Below, in pieces: positions 25,530 to 34,314 of a DNA stretch of 37,233 nt. The DNA is from Patescibacteria group bacterium. Its GTDB lineage: Bacteria > Patescibacteriota > Patescibacteriia > PEXW01. Every line of letters starts with the position of its first letter. Position 1 is the first letter of the stretch. Below the pieces are notes generated by a model. It worked only from the letters and a program-made list of their open reading frames with translations, was not told the origin of the DNA and ran no database searches. The position numbers and the translations under genes were made by a program. The stretch spans positions 1-37,233 of the forward strand of contig JBBTVB010000006.1 in assembly GCA_038063455.1 (NCBI GenBank). The letters run 5' to 3'.

Positions 25530-26663
25530 ATGCAATTTGTTCCACCAGGAGCAACCCTTGGCGTTTTCGGAAGCGGCCAGCTGGGTCGAATGTTCGCCCT
25601 TGCCGCCATTAGGATGGGCTATCGAATCAATTGTTATTCTCCCGAATCAGGTTCCCCTACCGGGCAGGTCGCCGATAAAGAATTTGTCGGGCCATACGAT
25701 GATCTTGATACAGTTACCGCCTTCGCCAAGAGTGTTCAGGTTGCTACGTTTGAATTTGAGAATGTTGCTTCGGCAGCCGGGGAGACTGCAGCAAAATTTG
25801 TGCCGGTTCACCCATCGCCATATGTCCTGCATACCTGTCAGCACCGGTTGAGAGAAGGAGTATTCTTGGGTGAGAATCATTTTCCTGTCGCAGAATCCCT
25901 CATTGTTGGCTCGTTAGAAGATTTAAAACACGCAGTTATAACAATTGGTTTCCCTGGCGTTTTAAAAACTGCTGGGTTCGGATACGACGGGAAAGGTCAA
26001 GTCATGATTCGCGCTCAAGCCGATATTGCAGCTGCGTGGGAGCATCTCAAGACGGACGAAGCTATCTATGAGCGATTCATCGATTTTGAGAAGGAAATTT
26101 CTGTAGTCGGCTCCCGAAGTCAGGATGGGCAATTCTCGCACTTCGGTGTTATTGAAAATAGCCACGCTAACCATATTCTCGATATTTCTTTCGCCCCGGC
26201 AGATGTTTCATCTGTACTGAAACAACAGGCTATCGATATAACCCAAGAAATCATGATAAAGCTTGAGGTTATTGGGCTGCTCTGTGTGGAAATGTTCGTT
26301 ACAAAAAATGGAAGGATTCTCGTTAACGAGATCGCCCCACGCCCGCACAACTCCGGGCACCTGACAATCGAAGCTTGCACCACAAGCCAATTCGAGGAGC
26401 AGGTACGGATGATATGTGGACTAGCGCATGGCTCTCTTGACTTAGTTAAACCGGCAGCAATGGCAAATCTGCTAGGTGACATCTGGGAGAACGGCGAGCC
26501 GCGTTGGAGTGAACTCGACCAATTTCCTGATGTTAAACTTCATCTTTATGGCAAAAAAGTAGCCAGACCCGGCCGAAAGATGGGACACCTGACGACGTTA
26601 GCAGGAACTCCGAAACAGGCAGTGGCACGAGTCAAAGCTGCTCGAGAGGCCCTAAGGAGTTAA
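25530..26663 (+). CDS. purK: N5-carboxyaminoimidazole ribonucleotide synthase (ATP-grasp)
   Basis: GSGQLGRM, TFEFENV, GYDGKGQ, NEIAPRPHNSGH, TSQFE, HLYGK..RPGRKMGH; start at 25530 (after AAAGG) or 25509. Confidence 0.95.
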   Translation: MQFVPPGATLGVFGSGQLGRMFALAAIRMGYRINCYSPESGSPTGQVADKEFVGPYDDLDTVTAFAKSVQVATFEFENVASAAGETAAKFVPVHPSPYVLHTCQHRLREGVFLGENHFPVAESLIVGSLEDLKHAVITIGFPGVLKTAGFGYDGKGQVMIRAQADIAAAWEHLKTDEAIYERFIDFEKEISVVGSRSQDGQFSHFGVIENSHANHILDISFAPADVSSVLKQQAIDITQEIMIKLEVIGLLCVEMFVTKNGRILVNEIAPRPHNSGHLTIEACTTSQFEEQVRMICGLAHGSLDLVKPAAMANLLGDIWENGEPRWSELDQFPDVKLHLYGKKVARPGRKMGHLTTLAGTPKQAVARVKAAREALRS

Positions 26664-26690
26664 TTTCCTTTTGCACACTATAGTATTTTT

Positions 26691-26721
26691 AAGAGCGGGC
26701 ACTCAGTGTTCGCTCTTTTTT
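26691..26721 (+). terminator. Intrinsic terminator of purK
   Basis: AAGAGCGGGCAC-TCA-GTGTTCGCTCTT-TTTT. Confidence 0.75.
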
Positions 26722-26750
26722 AATTCATCTCAAGGGGTGCGAGACTAACA

Positions 26751-28655
26751 CTACTCCACCACCACACCCATATTGCCGAGCAATGCCCAGTCGGCTAGGA
26801 AAGCTGCTTTAGAAAAGCGCTTCTCACCGTAGAGCGGGTCCAGGGTGATAATAGAACTCGGGTTGCTGGCCGAACCAACAAAGCCAATGACTACGCGGGT
26901 GTGCTCCCCCACAATGGCCAGCACGGTTTTACCGGTTAGGGTTTTCCAATCCACGCGCCTGCCGGATGCGCCATTGCCCCAGACAATAACCGGGTTGCCG
27001 GCTTTTATCTCGGTGAGCAAGTCAGTAAGATTACCGTTTTTAAAGGCACGGGTTTTTCGGTACGCACTCCCCGCTTTTGCAATCGGCGCAGCATACACGC
27101 CGTAACCTGTCCCCGGCTGCTGCCCGTCAATATTCCCGACAAAGGCCACATCGGGGTCACCCCACACCCCATTTTTCTTCGGCGTGGGATCCACGCCAAT
27201 GGCTTTGATAATTGGCGCCTCGCCGACGTTGATGCCACGATAGCGCAGGGCCATAACCAACGTGGCAATCTCGCAACTCAACGCGTGATCTTGCCGGTGG
27301 AACGGCACCGCAAGCCTGGTGGTGGCGCGCTCGGTGGTAAACCGCACAACAATGTCGTCCGCTGATGGGAAACCCGCATTACCAACCACACCCTTCGTGA
27401 AGGTTGCGGTATACGTGGTATCAAACGCCAAATCTTTGTTGGGATTAAAGTTCAGCGTATTCCTCTGCCAGGTTATTACCCCCTGGATGGTGGGGCTGAT
27501 ACGTACACGCTTGGCGGCATCCGCCTGATCGACGGGTTGATCAAAAGTGAAATGCAACGTGCTACCCACGCGGATGCCGCTGGTCGCGTTCGCGGGCGCG
27601 CTGGTTGCGAGCACCACTGGGCCAATAGTACTAAACGCGCTGGTTGCATCGGCTGGCAAAAACCCGCCGGCTTTGGTCCGGAGCGCACTGGCAAGCTTGA
27701 ACGTATACGCGGTGCGTTGCAGCAACGGCTCGTGCGCCAAGCTAAAGGTGAGGCCATCGCTCGTCGTCCACTCCCCCACGACCGGGGGCGTGAGTGCAAT
27801 TGCTTTGGTAAACACCTCAAGGTCTGCGGTCTCAGTAAGTGTAACGGCGATGGGCGTGGTAAGTAACTGGTTCGTGCCCTGCGGCGAAAAGGCGGCAACG
27901 CCTGCGGCCGTCCGGACATTCCAGGCTTGTGAAAAAACTTCTTGCGCTTCGCCTTGCTCGGCAACTTCGGACGTGCCAAAAACCAGCTGCTGCGCGCTGC
28001 GCTGAACGTGCAATTGTACGGGTACACCTTGGGGCAAGAGCTGCGCCGGGGTGACGACAAAGTGTAGCTTGTCTTCCGTCGGCGCAACGAGCAGCGGCAA
28101 CGCCGGCTCGGTAGCAAAGCTAAAAGCAACCGTCTCGTCCGCTGGTCGGTCGAGCGTCACCCGCCAAGAAGTGTCCGCCGAGATTGGCGTATCTGCACTT
28201 GGCGTAATACTGACGACCTTCGGTACCGCTGCGGTGGTAAAGCTAAAGCTCTGTTCCGTACTCGAACGCAACCCTGGAATGGCACTTTGCACATCAGCTA
28301 GCGAAACACGATACGTTGTGCCTGGCTCCCAAGTGGTGGTGGGGGTGAAGGTAGCGCGGCGATACAGGCTGTTGCCGAATAGCGGCTGGCTGTAGCGAAG
28401 CTCGCCATCAATGTGCGGCGTCGCCGTCACGCGCAGGGTGCGGGCTACCGGCACGATGAAATTGAAGACTACTGGTTGCGTCACAGCCAGCAGATTGTCC
28501 GCACCCAACGGGGCAAGCGTTGGGCGGGGCTGAACAAAAACAAACAAGCTCGCAACCAGCACGAGCACTGGGACAACCAGCAACACGCGTCGTGGCCCGT
28601 GATGGCGTCGGATGTACTGCGTGGCTGCAGGAAATGGCACGGCCGCTGCGTCCAT
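26751..28655 (-). CDS. Membrane-anchored protein with tandem Ig-like (Big_5-type) domains and a C-terminal C39-like cysteine peptidase
   Basis: N-terminal TM helix; repeated P..G....FTFDQPVD / LAFDTTYT / FTT modules; QDHALSCEIATLVMAL...EHTRVVIG...LDP (Cys-His-Asp). Confidence 0.8.
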   Translation of the reverse strand: MDAAAVPFPAATQYIRRHHGPRRVLLVVPVLVLVASLFVFVQPRPTLAPLGADNLLAVTQPVVFNFIVPVARTLRVTATPHIDGELRYSQPLFGNSLYRRATFTPTTTWEPGTTYRVSLADVQSAIPGLRSSTEQSFSFTTAAVPKVVSITPSADTPISADTSWRVTLDRPADETVAFSFATEPALPLLVAPTEDKLHFVVTPAQLLPQGVPVQLHVQRSAQQLVFGTSEVAEQGEAQEVFSQAWNVRTAAGVAAFSPQGTNQLLTTPIAVTLTETADLEVFTKAIALTPPVVGEWTTSDGLTFSLAHEPLLQRTAYTFKLASALRTKAGGFLPADATSAFSTIGPVVLATSAPANATSGIRVGSTLHFTFDQPVDQADAAKRVRISPTIQGVITWQRNTLNFNPNKDLAFDTTYTATFTKGVVGNAGFPSADDIVVRFTTERATTRLAVPFHRQDHALSCEIATLVMALRYRGINVGEAPIIKAIGVDPTPKKNGVWGDPDVAFVGNIDGQQPGTGYGVYAAPIAKAGSAYRKTRAFKNGNLTDLLTEIKAGNPVIVWGNGASGRRVDWKTLTGKTVLAIVGEHTRVVIGFVGSASNPSSIITLDPLYGEKRFSKAAFLADWALLGNMGVVVE

Positions 28656-28661
28656 GGGGCG

Positions 28662-30263
28662 TTAGGAAAGTAAGTTGCGACCCGTCATGTCTGGGGGCAC
28701 GGGTAAACCTAAGGTTTCCAGCACCGTCACGGCGACATCAGCCAGAATGCCAACCGGCTGCACGCTATTCAAGGCTTCCACCCCGCCCGGCAGCTGGTAG
28801 GGCGACGCGTCTTTCCACTGATTCGCCACTGCAATAAACGGGACGGGACTGGTGGAATGTTCTTTATCAATAGCGCCGGTTTGCAAGTTGAGCAACTCTT
28901 CGGCGTTGCCGTGGTCGGCGGTAATGTACAGCACGCCGTCTGCCGCCAGGACTGCATCCGTCAACTGGCCCAGGCACTCGTCGAGCACTTCCAGTGCCTC
29001 AATGGTCGCCTGAAAATTTCCGGTGTGCGCCACCATGTCAGCATTGGCGTAGTTAACCACGTAAAAGTTGTACGCGCCGGCATTGAGCTCTTGCACTAGG
29101 CGGTTAGTAATGTCTCGTGCCGCCATCGCGGGTTTCTGGTCGTAGCTGGAGACGTGCGGGCTGGGAATGAGTGCGTGGTCTTCACCAGGGTAGGCTTGCT
29201 CGTGGCCGCCATTAAAAAAGTAGGTTACGTGCGCGTACTTTTCGGTTTCCGCAATGTGCAACTGCTTGAGCCCTCCCTCCGAAATAACTTTTGCTACCGG
29301 CGAGGCAATATCTTCGGGCGGGAAAGCGACAGTGACCGGTAAATCTTTGTCATATTCGGTCATCGTCACAAAGACCAGGTGCTGCAGGTACGTGCCACGG
29401 TCAAATTTCTCAAAGCCGGGCAGCACGAACGCCTTGGTCAGTTGGCGCATGCGGTCGGGCCGGAAGTTAAAGGTAATCACGCTGTCACCATCCTGAATCT
29501 TCCCAACGGGCTGGCCCGAAGCATCAGTGATGACTGTCGGCGCAAACTCTTCGTCCAATACGCCTTTGGCATAGCTGGCGCGAATCAAGGCCAGGGGGTC
29601 GGAGCCTTTCTCTGGCGACTCACCAAACACCATGGCCCGGTAAGCTTTTTCCTCGCGCTCCCACCGATTATCGCGGTCCATGCCCCAAAAACGACCAATC
29701 ACCGTGGCAATTGCCCCGACACCCACTTCCTTCATGTGGGCCTGAAGTTTACCAATAAAATTTTCTGCGCTCTTCGACGGCGTATCGCGGCCGTCTAAAA
29801 ATGTATGGATGAACACCTCGTGCACGCCCTGCTGCTTGGCCAACTCCAGCAAGGCGTACGCGTGCTCGTTAAAACTATGCACGCCGCCAGAGCTCATCAA
29901 GCCCACCAGGTGCAAGCGCGATTTTTTTTGCTGGACATTTTCAATGGCGCTAAGAAACGCCGGGTTGGTAAAAAAACTCCCGTTGGCAATGGCCCGGTTA
30001 ATCCGCGGCAAACTCTGGTAGACAATTTTACCCGAGCCCAGATTCATGTGGCCGACTTCGGAGTTACCCATCTCGCCCCACGGCAAGCCAACGGATTCGC
30101 CCGACGCTTGCAAGGTCATGGCCGGGTAGTGCGCGACGAGCTCGTCGTAGTGCGGCAATTTGGCAATGGTATAGGGGTTGCTGCGGCTGGGTGGCGCCAC
30201 GCCCCAGCCGTCCAGCACCACCAGGACCAGCGGGCGCAAAGCTGGGTTCGTAGGGTCAGGCAT
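28662..30263 (-). CDS. gpmI: 2,3-bisphosphoglycerate-independent phosphoglycerate mutase (paralog 2)
   Basis: LDGWG, GNSEVGH, GGVHS, DGRD, NFRPDR, AETEKYAHVT, ADMVAH, TADHGNAE. Confidence 0.96.
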   Translation of the reverse strand: MPDPTNPALRPLVLVVLDGWGVAPPSRSNPYTIAKLPHYDELVAHYPAMTLQASGESVGLPWGEMGNSEVGHMNLGSGKIVYQSLPRINRAIANGSFFTNPAFLSAIENVQQKKSRLHLVGLMSSGGVHSFNEHAYALLELAKQQGVHEVFIHTFLDGRDTPSKSAENFIGKLQAHMKEVGVGAIATVIGRFWGMDRDNRWEREEKAYRAMVFGESPEKGSDPLALIRASYAKGVLDEEFAPTVITDASGQPVGKIQDGDSVITFNFRPDRMRQLTKAFVLPGFEKFDRGTYLQHLVFVTMTEYDKDLPVTVAFPPEDIASPVAKVISEGGLKQLHIAETEKYAHVTYFFNGGHEQAYPGEDHALIPSPHVSSYDQKPAMAARDITNRLVQELNAGAYNFYVVNYANADMVAHTGNFQATIEALEVLDECLGQLTDAVLAADGVLYITADHGNAEELLNLQTGAIDKEHSTSPVPFIAVANQWKDASPYQLPGGVEALNSVQPVGILADVAVTVLETLGLPVPPDMTGRNLLS

Positions 30264-31821
30264 GGGGGGTGCAGAATAAGCTGGAGCCAGTCATGGTCTC
30301 GGGTTTTTTTACCGCCATAATATTCAGGATGGTAGGCGCAATGTCCGCCAGGCGGCCGGATTTTTTGAGCGCGAGTTTACGGTATTGTCGGTTGACGTAA
30401 ATGAACGGCACGGGGTTGGCCGAGTGCTCAGTGTCGACCTCGTGGGTGCGCAGATTTTTCAACTCTTCAATATTGCCATGGTCTGCAGTAATAACCAGGG
30501 AACCGTTGACTGCGAGTACCGCACGACGTAGCTGCCCCAACGCCGCGTCAACCGCTTCCACCGCAGCAATCGACGCCTGCAAGTGCCCAGTGTGCGCCAC
30601 CATGTCTGGCGCCGCAAAGTTTAGCGCAATAAAGTCGTGGGACTTTTTTCGGATAGCGGCCAGCACGGTGCGTACCAAAGCAGCCGTCGACATGGCTGGT
30701 TTCATGTCGTAGGTAAGCACCTTGGGTGAAGGGATAAGCACGCGGTCTTCACCGGCCACGGGGTGGTCGTACCCACCGTTGAAAAAGTACGTCATGTGGG
30801 CGTACTTCTCGGTTTCCGAAACGTACAGCTGGCGGTACGCGGTGAGCGCCATGGGCAAGGTGTCTGGAATGTCACGGCTGGGGAATGCCGAGAGCACGCC
30901 GGGCAAGTCTGGACCAAAGTCCGTCATAGCAACAAAAACGAGATTCTTCAAAACTTTGGTGCGTCGAAAACCTTTAAAGTGCGGTTGGACAAAAGCTTTG
31001 GTAAGTTGCCGCGCGCGGTCACTGCGTAAGTTGAAAAAAATAATTGAATCGTTGCTACCAACGGTCATGGGCTTTTCTTTCTCGCCAGCCACCGTCGTGG
31101 GCCGGATAAATTCGTCGCTCTCATTACGGTTGTACGCTTCTAAAATTGCAGTTTCCGCACTCTCGCTGCGCTGGCCAGCACCAAGGGTGAGTAGGTCGTA
31201 GGTCTGCTGAATACGGCTCCAGTGCTGGGCGCGGTCCATGGCGTAGTACCGCCCGGTCACGCTGGCAATGCGCGTGCCGTTGAGTGTGCGTTCCATTTTC
31301 TTCAAGAGTTTAATGGCCGCAAACCGCGGACTATCCCGCCCGTCCGTAAACAAATGCAAGGCCACGCGCGGCAGCTTGGAGAGCTGTGCGAACGTGAGCA
31401 AAGCTAGCAGGTGATCTGGGTTGGCATGTGCGCTCTGGCTGTTGCCCAGCATGCCCATGAGGTGCAAAGTGGACTTGTGCTTGCGCACGTGCGTGACGGC
31501 CCGGATAAACGCAGGATTACGAAAAAAGCTGCCATCACTTATATCGTGCGAAATGTAAATCGTATCCTGCAACACCACCCTGCCGGCACCAATATTCAAA
31601 TGCCCGGCTTCGGAGTTGCCATCCTGACCTTTACCTAAGCCCACATCTTTGCCGCCCGCATGCAGCTGCGTGTGCTGGTACTGGCGCAGCAGCGCACTGT
31701 AGTTGGGGGTTTTGGCCAGTGCAATGGCATTGCCCGGTCCAGGTTTGGCAATCCCCCAGCCGTCCATGATTGCCAAAACAACTGGCAGCTGCGGTTTAAA
31801 AATGGGACAGCGCTCACGCAT
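30256..31821 (-). CDS. gpmI: 2,3-bisphosphoglycerate-independent phosphoglycerate mutase (paralog 1)
   Basis: MDGWG, GNSEAGH, DGRD, GRYYAMDR, NLRSDR, ETEKYAH, PDMVAH, TADHGNIE; start set at MRERCP overlapping the eno stop. Confidence 0.95.
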   Translation of the reverse strand: MRERCPIFKPQLPVVLAIMDGWGIAKPGPGNAIALAKTPNYSALLRQYQHTQLHAGGKDVGLGKGQDGNSEAGHLNIGAGRVVLQDTIYISHDISDGSFFRNPAFIRAVTHVRKHKSTLHLMGMLGNSQSAHANPDHLLALLTFAQLSKLPRVALHLFTDGRDSPRFAAIKLLKKMERTLNGTRIASVTGRYYAMDRAQHWSRIQQTYDLLTLGAGQRSESAETAILEAYNRNESDEFIRPTTVAGEKEKPMTVGSNDSIIFFNLRSDRARQLTKAFVQPHFKGFRRTKVLKNLVFVAMTDFGPDLPGVLSAFPSRDIPDTLPMALTAYRQLYVSETEKYAHMTYFFNGGYDHPVAGEDRVLIPSPKVLTYDMKPAMSTAALVRTVLAAIRKKSHDFIALNFAAPDMVAHTGHLQASIAAVEAVDAALGQLRRAVLAVNGSLVITADHGNIEELKNLRTHEVDTEHSANPVPFIYVNRQYRKLALKKSGRLADIAPTILNIMAVKKPETMTGSSLFCTPHA

Positions 31822-33073
31822 GCGCTTCGAGCCAAATTTCGAGAAGGCGGTTGTACTTGGCCAAACGTTCACCCCGGCTCATGGAGCCGGCTTTTAGCCC
31901 ATCCGCGCCTACGGCCACAGCGAGGTCGGCAATGGTGGTGTCGGTGGTTTCGCCTGAACGGTGCGACACGATAATTTTGTAGCCGTGCTTTTGCGCCAAC
32001 TGAATGGTGGCAATGGTTTCTGAAAGGGTGCCAATTTGGTTGACCTTAACCAGGATGGCATTGCCAACCTTGGCATCGATACCTTTTTGGAGGCGTTCTA
32101 CATTGGTCACGAACAAGTCATCGCCCACCACCCACATACCAGCAGCGGCCAGGGCTGTGGTGTGGCTCGGCCAGTGATCCCAATCATCTTCGGCTAAACC
32201 ATCTTCCACCGAGAAAAGATGATACTTTTGGTGCCACTCTACATACAGCGCAGTCAGTTGATCGGCCGAAAGCCCTTTGCCTTCCAGCAGCAGCGGGTAC
32301 GTGCCGTCAGGTTTGGCAAGTTCGCTCGCTGCTGCATCCATAGCCAGCAGCACATCTGACCCTAGGCCATAGCCGGCGCTAGCAACCGCCTCGGCCAGAA
32401 GTTGCAACGGCTCTTCGTTGGTACGCATTTTCGGGGCGTAGCCGCCTTCGTCACCAACGAGGGTGGAAAGCGCTTTGCCTTTGAGAACGCTGCCGAGGGT
32501 GTGAAAAATTTCAGCTGTGCAGCGGAGCTGGTCTGGAAACGAAACTTGCTGCGGCACCAGCATGAACTCTTGAAAGCTTAAGCCCGAGTCTGGCGCGTGC
32601 ACGCCGCCATTGATCACATTGCAAAATGGTTTGGGGAAAGTTGTGGGTACAGTCAATCCGTACTGCTGCTGCAAGAACAGGTACAGCGGCGTGCCGGCCG
32701 CAACAGCCGCCGCCCGGGCAGCCGCCAAAGAAACGCCAAGAATTGCATTGGCACCGAGTTTGGATTTGTTTGGCGTGCCATCAAGGGCAATAAGCGTTTC
32801 ATCAATTTTTCGCAGGTCAGCTACTGGCATGCCAACCACAGCGCTTGCAATGGGGCCAGTGACATTACCGACCGCTTGCAGCACGCCTTTGCCGCCAAAC
32901 CGTTTGGCATCGCCATCGCGCAATTCTAGTGCTTCGTGGCTGCCCGTGGACGCGCCAGACGGGACCGCTGCCGTACCTGTGCTGCCGTCATCCAGCCGAA
33001 CCGTAACTTGCAGGGTCGGGTTGCCGCGGGAGTCGAGAATTTCCAGTGCTTCGATAGTCGATAGAGTCGCCAT
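31814..33073 (-). CDS. eno: Enolase
   Basis: EILDSRGNPT, VPSGASTG, LGANAILGVS, QEFM, GDEGG, VKVNQIG, SHRSGET, ERLAKYN. Confidence 0.98.
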   Translation of the reverse strand: MATLSTIEALEILDSRGNPTLQVTVRLDDGSTGTAAVPSGASTGSHEALELRDGDAKRFGGKGVLQAVGNVTGPIASAVVGMPVADLRKIDETLIALDGTPNKSKLGANAILGVSLAAARAAAVAAGTPLYLFLQQQYGLTVPTTFPKPFCNVINGGVHAPDSGLSFQEFMLVPQQVSFPDQLRCTAEIFHTLGSVLKGKALSTLVGDEGGYAPKMRTNEEPLQLLAEAVASAGYGLGSDVLLAMDAAASELAKPDGTYPLLLEGKGLSADQLTALYVEWHQKYHLFSVEDGLAEDDWDHWPSHTTALAAAGMWVVGDDLFVTNVERLQKGIDAKVGNAILVKVNQIGTLSETIATIQLAQKHGYKIIVSHRSGETTDTTIADLAVAVGADGLKAGSMSRGERLAKYNRLLEIWLEAHA

Positions 33074-33075
33074 AG

Positions 33076-34248
33076 CTATGCGGTGTTGAGAAGTGGAGTG
33101 AGCCCCGGCAAAGGTTTGCCTTCGAGAAATTTTAGCATTGCGCCGCCGCCAGTAGAGAGGAAAGTAAATTTTTCACCAAGCTGCAGTTCGTTAATCGCAT
33201 CCAATGTCTCGCCGCCGCCCGCAATGGTGCTAGCGGCCAAGCCAGCTACCACTTTCGCTATCGCATCAGTACCTTTGGCAAAAGCTGGGAGTTCAAAGTA
33301 ACCCATGGGTCCATTCCAAACAACCATGGCCGCGGTTTTAAGAATGTCTGAGTACAGCTCTACCGTCTCTGGCCCAATGTCCAGAATCAAATCCTCGTCG
33401 GGGACATTTGCAACTGCCACCGTAGTGGTATGCGCACTAGATTCTGCTTTAGCCGCCATAACCACATCGACCGGCACGCGAAGCTTGTTGGTGGTTAGCG
33501 AGAGGTCGCGCACGCTCTCAACCATATTTTCTTCGATGAGTGATTTCCCCACGGCAATGCCTTGCGCTTTCAAAATGGTGTTGGCTAGCGCACCGCCGAG
33601 CAGCACGTAGTCACAATGTTCCAGTAGGGTGCGGATGACTGGTAACTTCGTCGAAATTTTTGCGCCACCGATAATTGCCACTAAAGGCCGTTTCGGCTTT
33701 TCAATAATTTCACCCAAGAAGGCGACTTCTTTTTGCAGTTGGAAACCGGCCCCGGATGGAAGCAATCGCGGGAGGGTAGAAACCGATGCCGCTTTGCGAT
33801 GCGCAACGGAGAAAGCCTCGCTCACTACTAGCTCGCCCATATTTGCCAAGCTCATGGCAAAAACCTTGTCGTCGGCCTGCTCGCCTGGATGAAATCGCAG
33901 ATTCTCAAAAAGTGTCACGTCGCCAGGCCGAAGTTTTTGGCTGCGTACTGTCGCCTCGGGCGTACCCGGTATTTCCGGGGCAAACTGCACGTTCGGCAGC
34001 CGTTCGGCCAAGTAGTCAAAAACCTGCCGCAAACTCAAGTGTGTATCGTCTGGGTTATTCGGTTTGCCTAAGTGGGTAAGCAGAACAATCCGGCAACCTT
34101 GCTCGCGCAAGTACTGGATGGTAGGCATGGCCGCATCTATCCGCGTGGCATCGCACACCTTGCCCTCGCGGCAGGGCACGTTAAAATCCACGCGCACAAT
34201 TACTTGGCGGCCGGCAACATCCAGATCCTGCAATTTTCGCAGTTGCAT
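33076..34248 (-). CDS. pgk: Phosphoglycerate kinase
   Basis: VRVDFNVP, ENLRF, AHR, GGAKISTK, DIGP, WNGPMG, GGGET, STGGGAMLKFLEG. Confidence 0.97.
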   Translation of the reverse strand: MQLRKLQDLDVAGRQVIVRVDFNVPCREGKVCDATRIDAAMPTIQYLREQGCRIVLLTHLGKPNNPDDTHLSLRQVFDYLAERLPNVQFAPEIPGTPEATVRSQKLRPGDVTLFENLRFHPGEQADDKVFAMSLANMGELVVSEAFSVAHRKAASVSTLPRLLPSGAGFQLQKEVAFLGEIIEKPKRPLVAIIGGAKISTKLPVIRTLLEHCDYVLLGGALANTILKAQGIAVGKSLIEENMVESVRDLSLTTNKLRVPVDVVMAAKAESSAHTTTVAVANVPDEDLILDIGPETVELYSDILKTAAMVVWNGPMGYFELPAFAKGTDAIAKVVAGLAASTIAGGGETLDAINELQLGEKFTFLSTGGGAMLKFLEGKPLPGLTPLLNTA

Positions 34249-34254
34249 GGAGTT

Positions 34255-34263
34255 ATTATACCA
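34255..34263 (-). promoter_or_regulatory. Extended -10 element (TGGTATAAT) 6 nt upstream of the pgk ATG; leaderless-type promoter
   Basis: Perfect TGnTATAAT with no SD; the same geometry recurs at other core genes. Confidence 0.65.
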
Positions 34264-34314
34264 AAAAAATCCACTTTTGGCGACCGGATATCCAAGTCAA
34301 TCGTAAGTATATAA

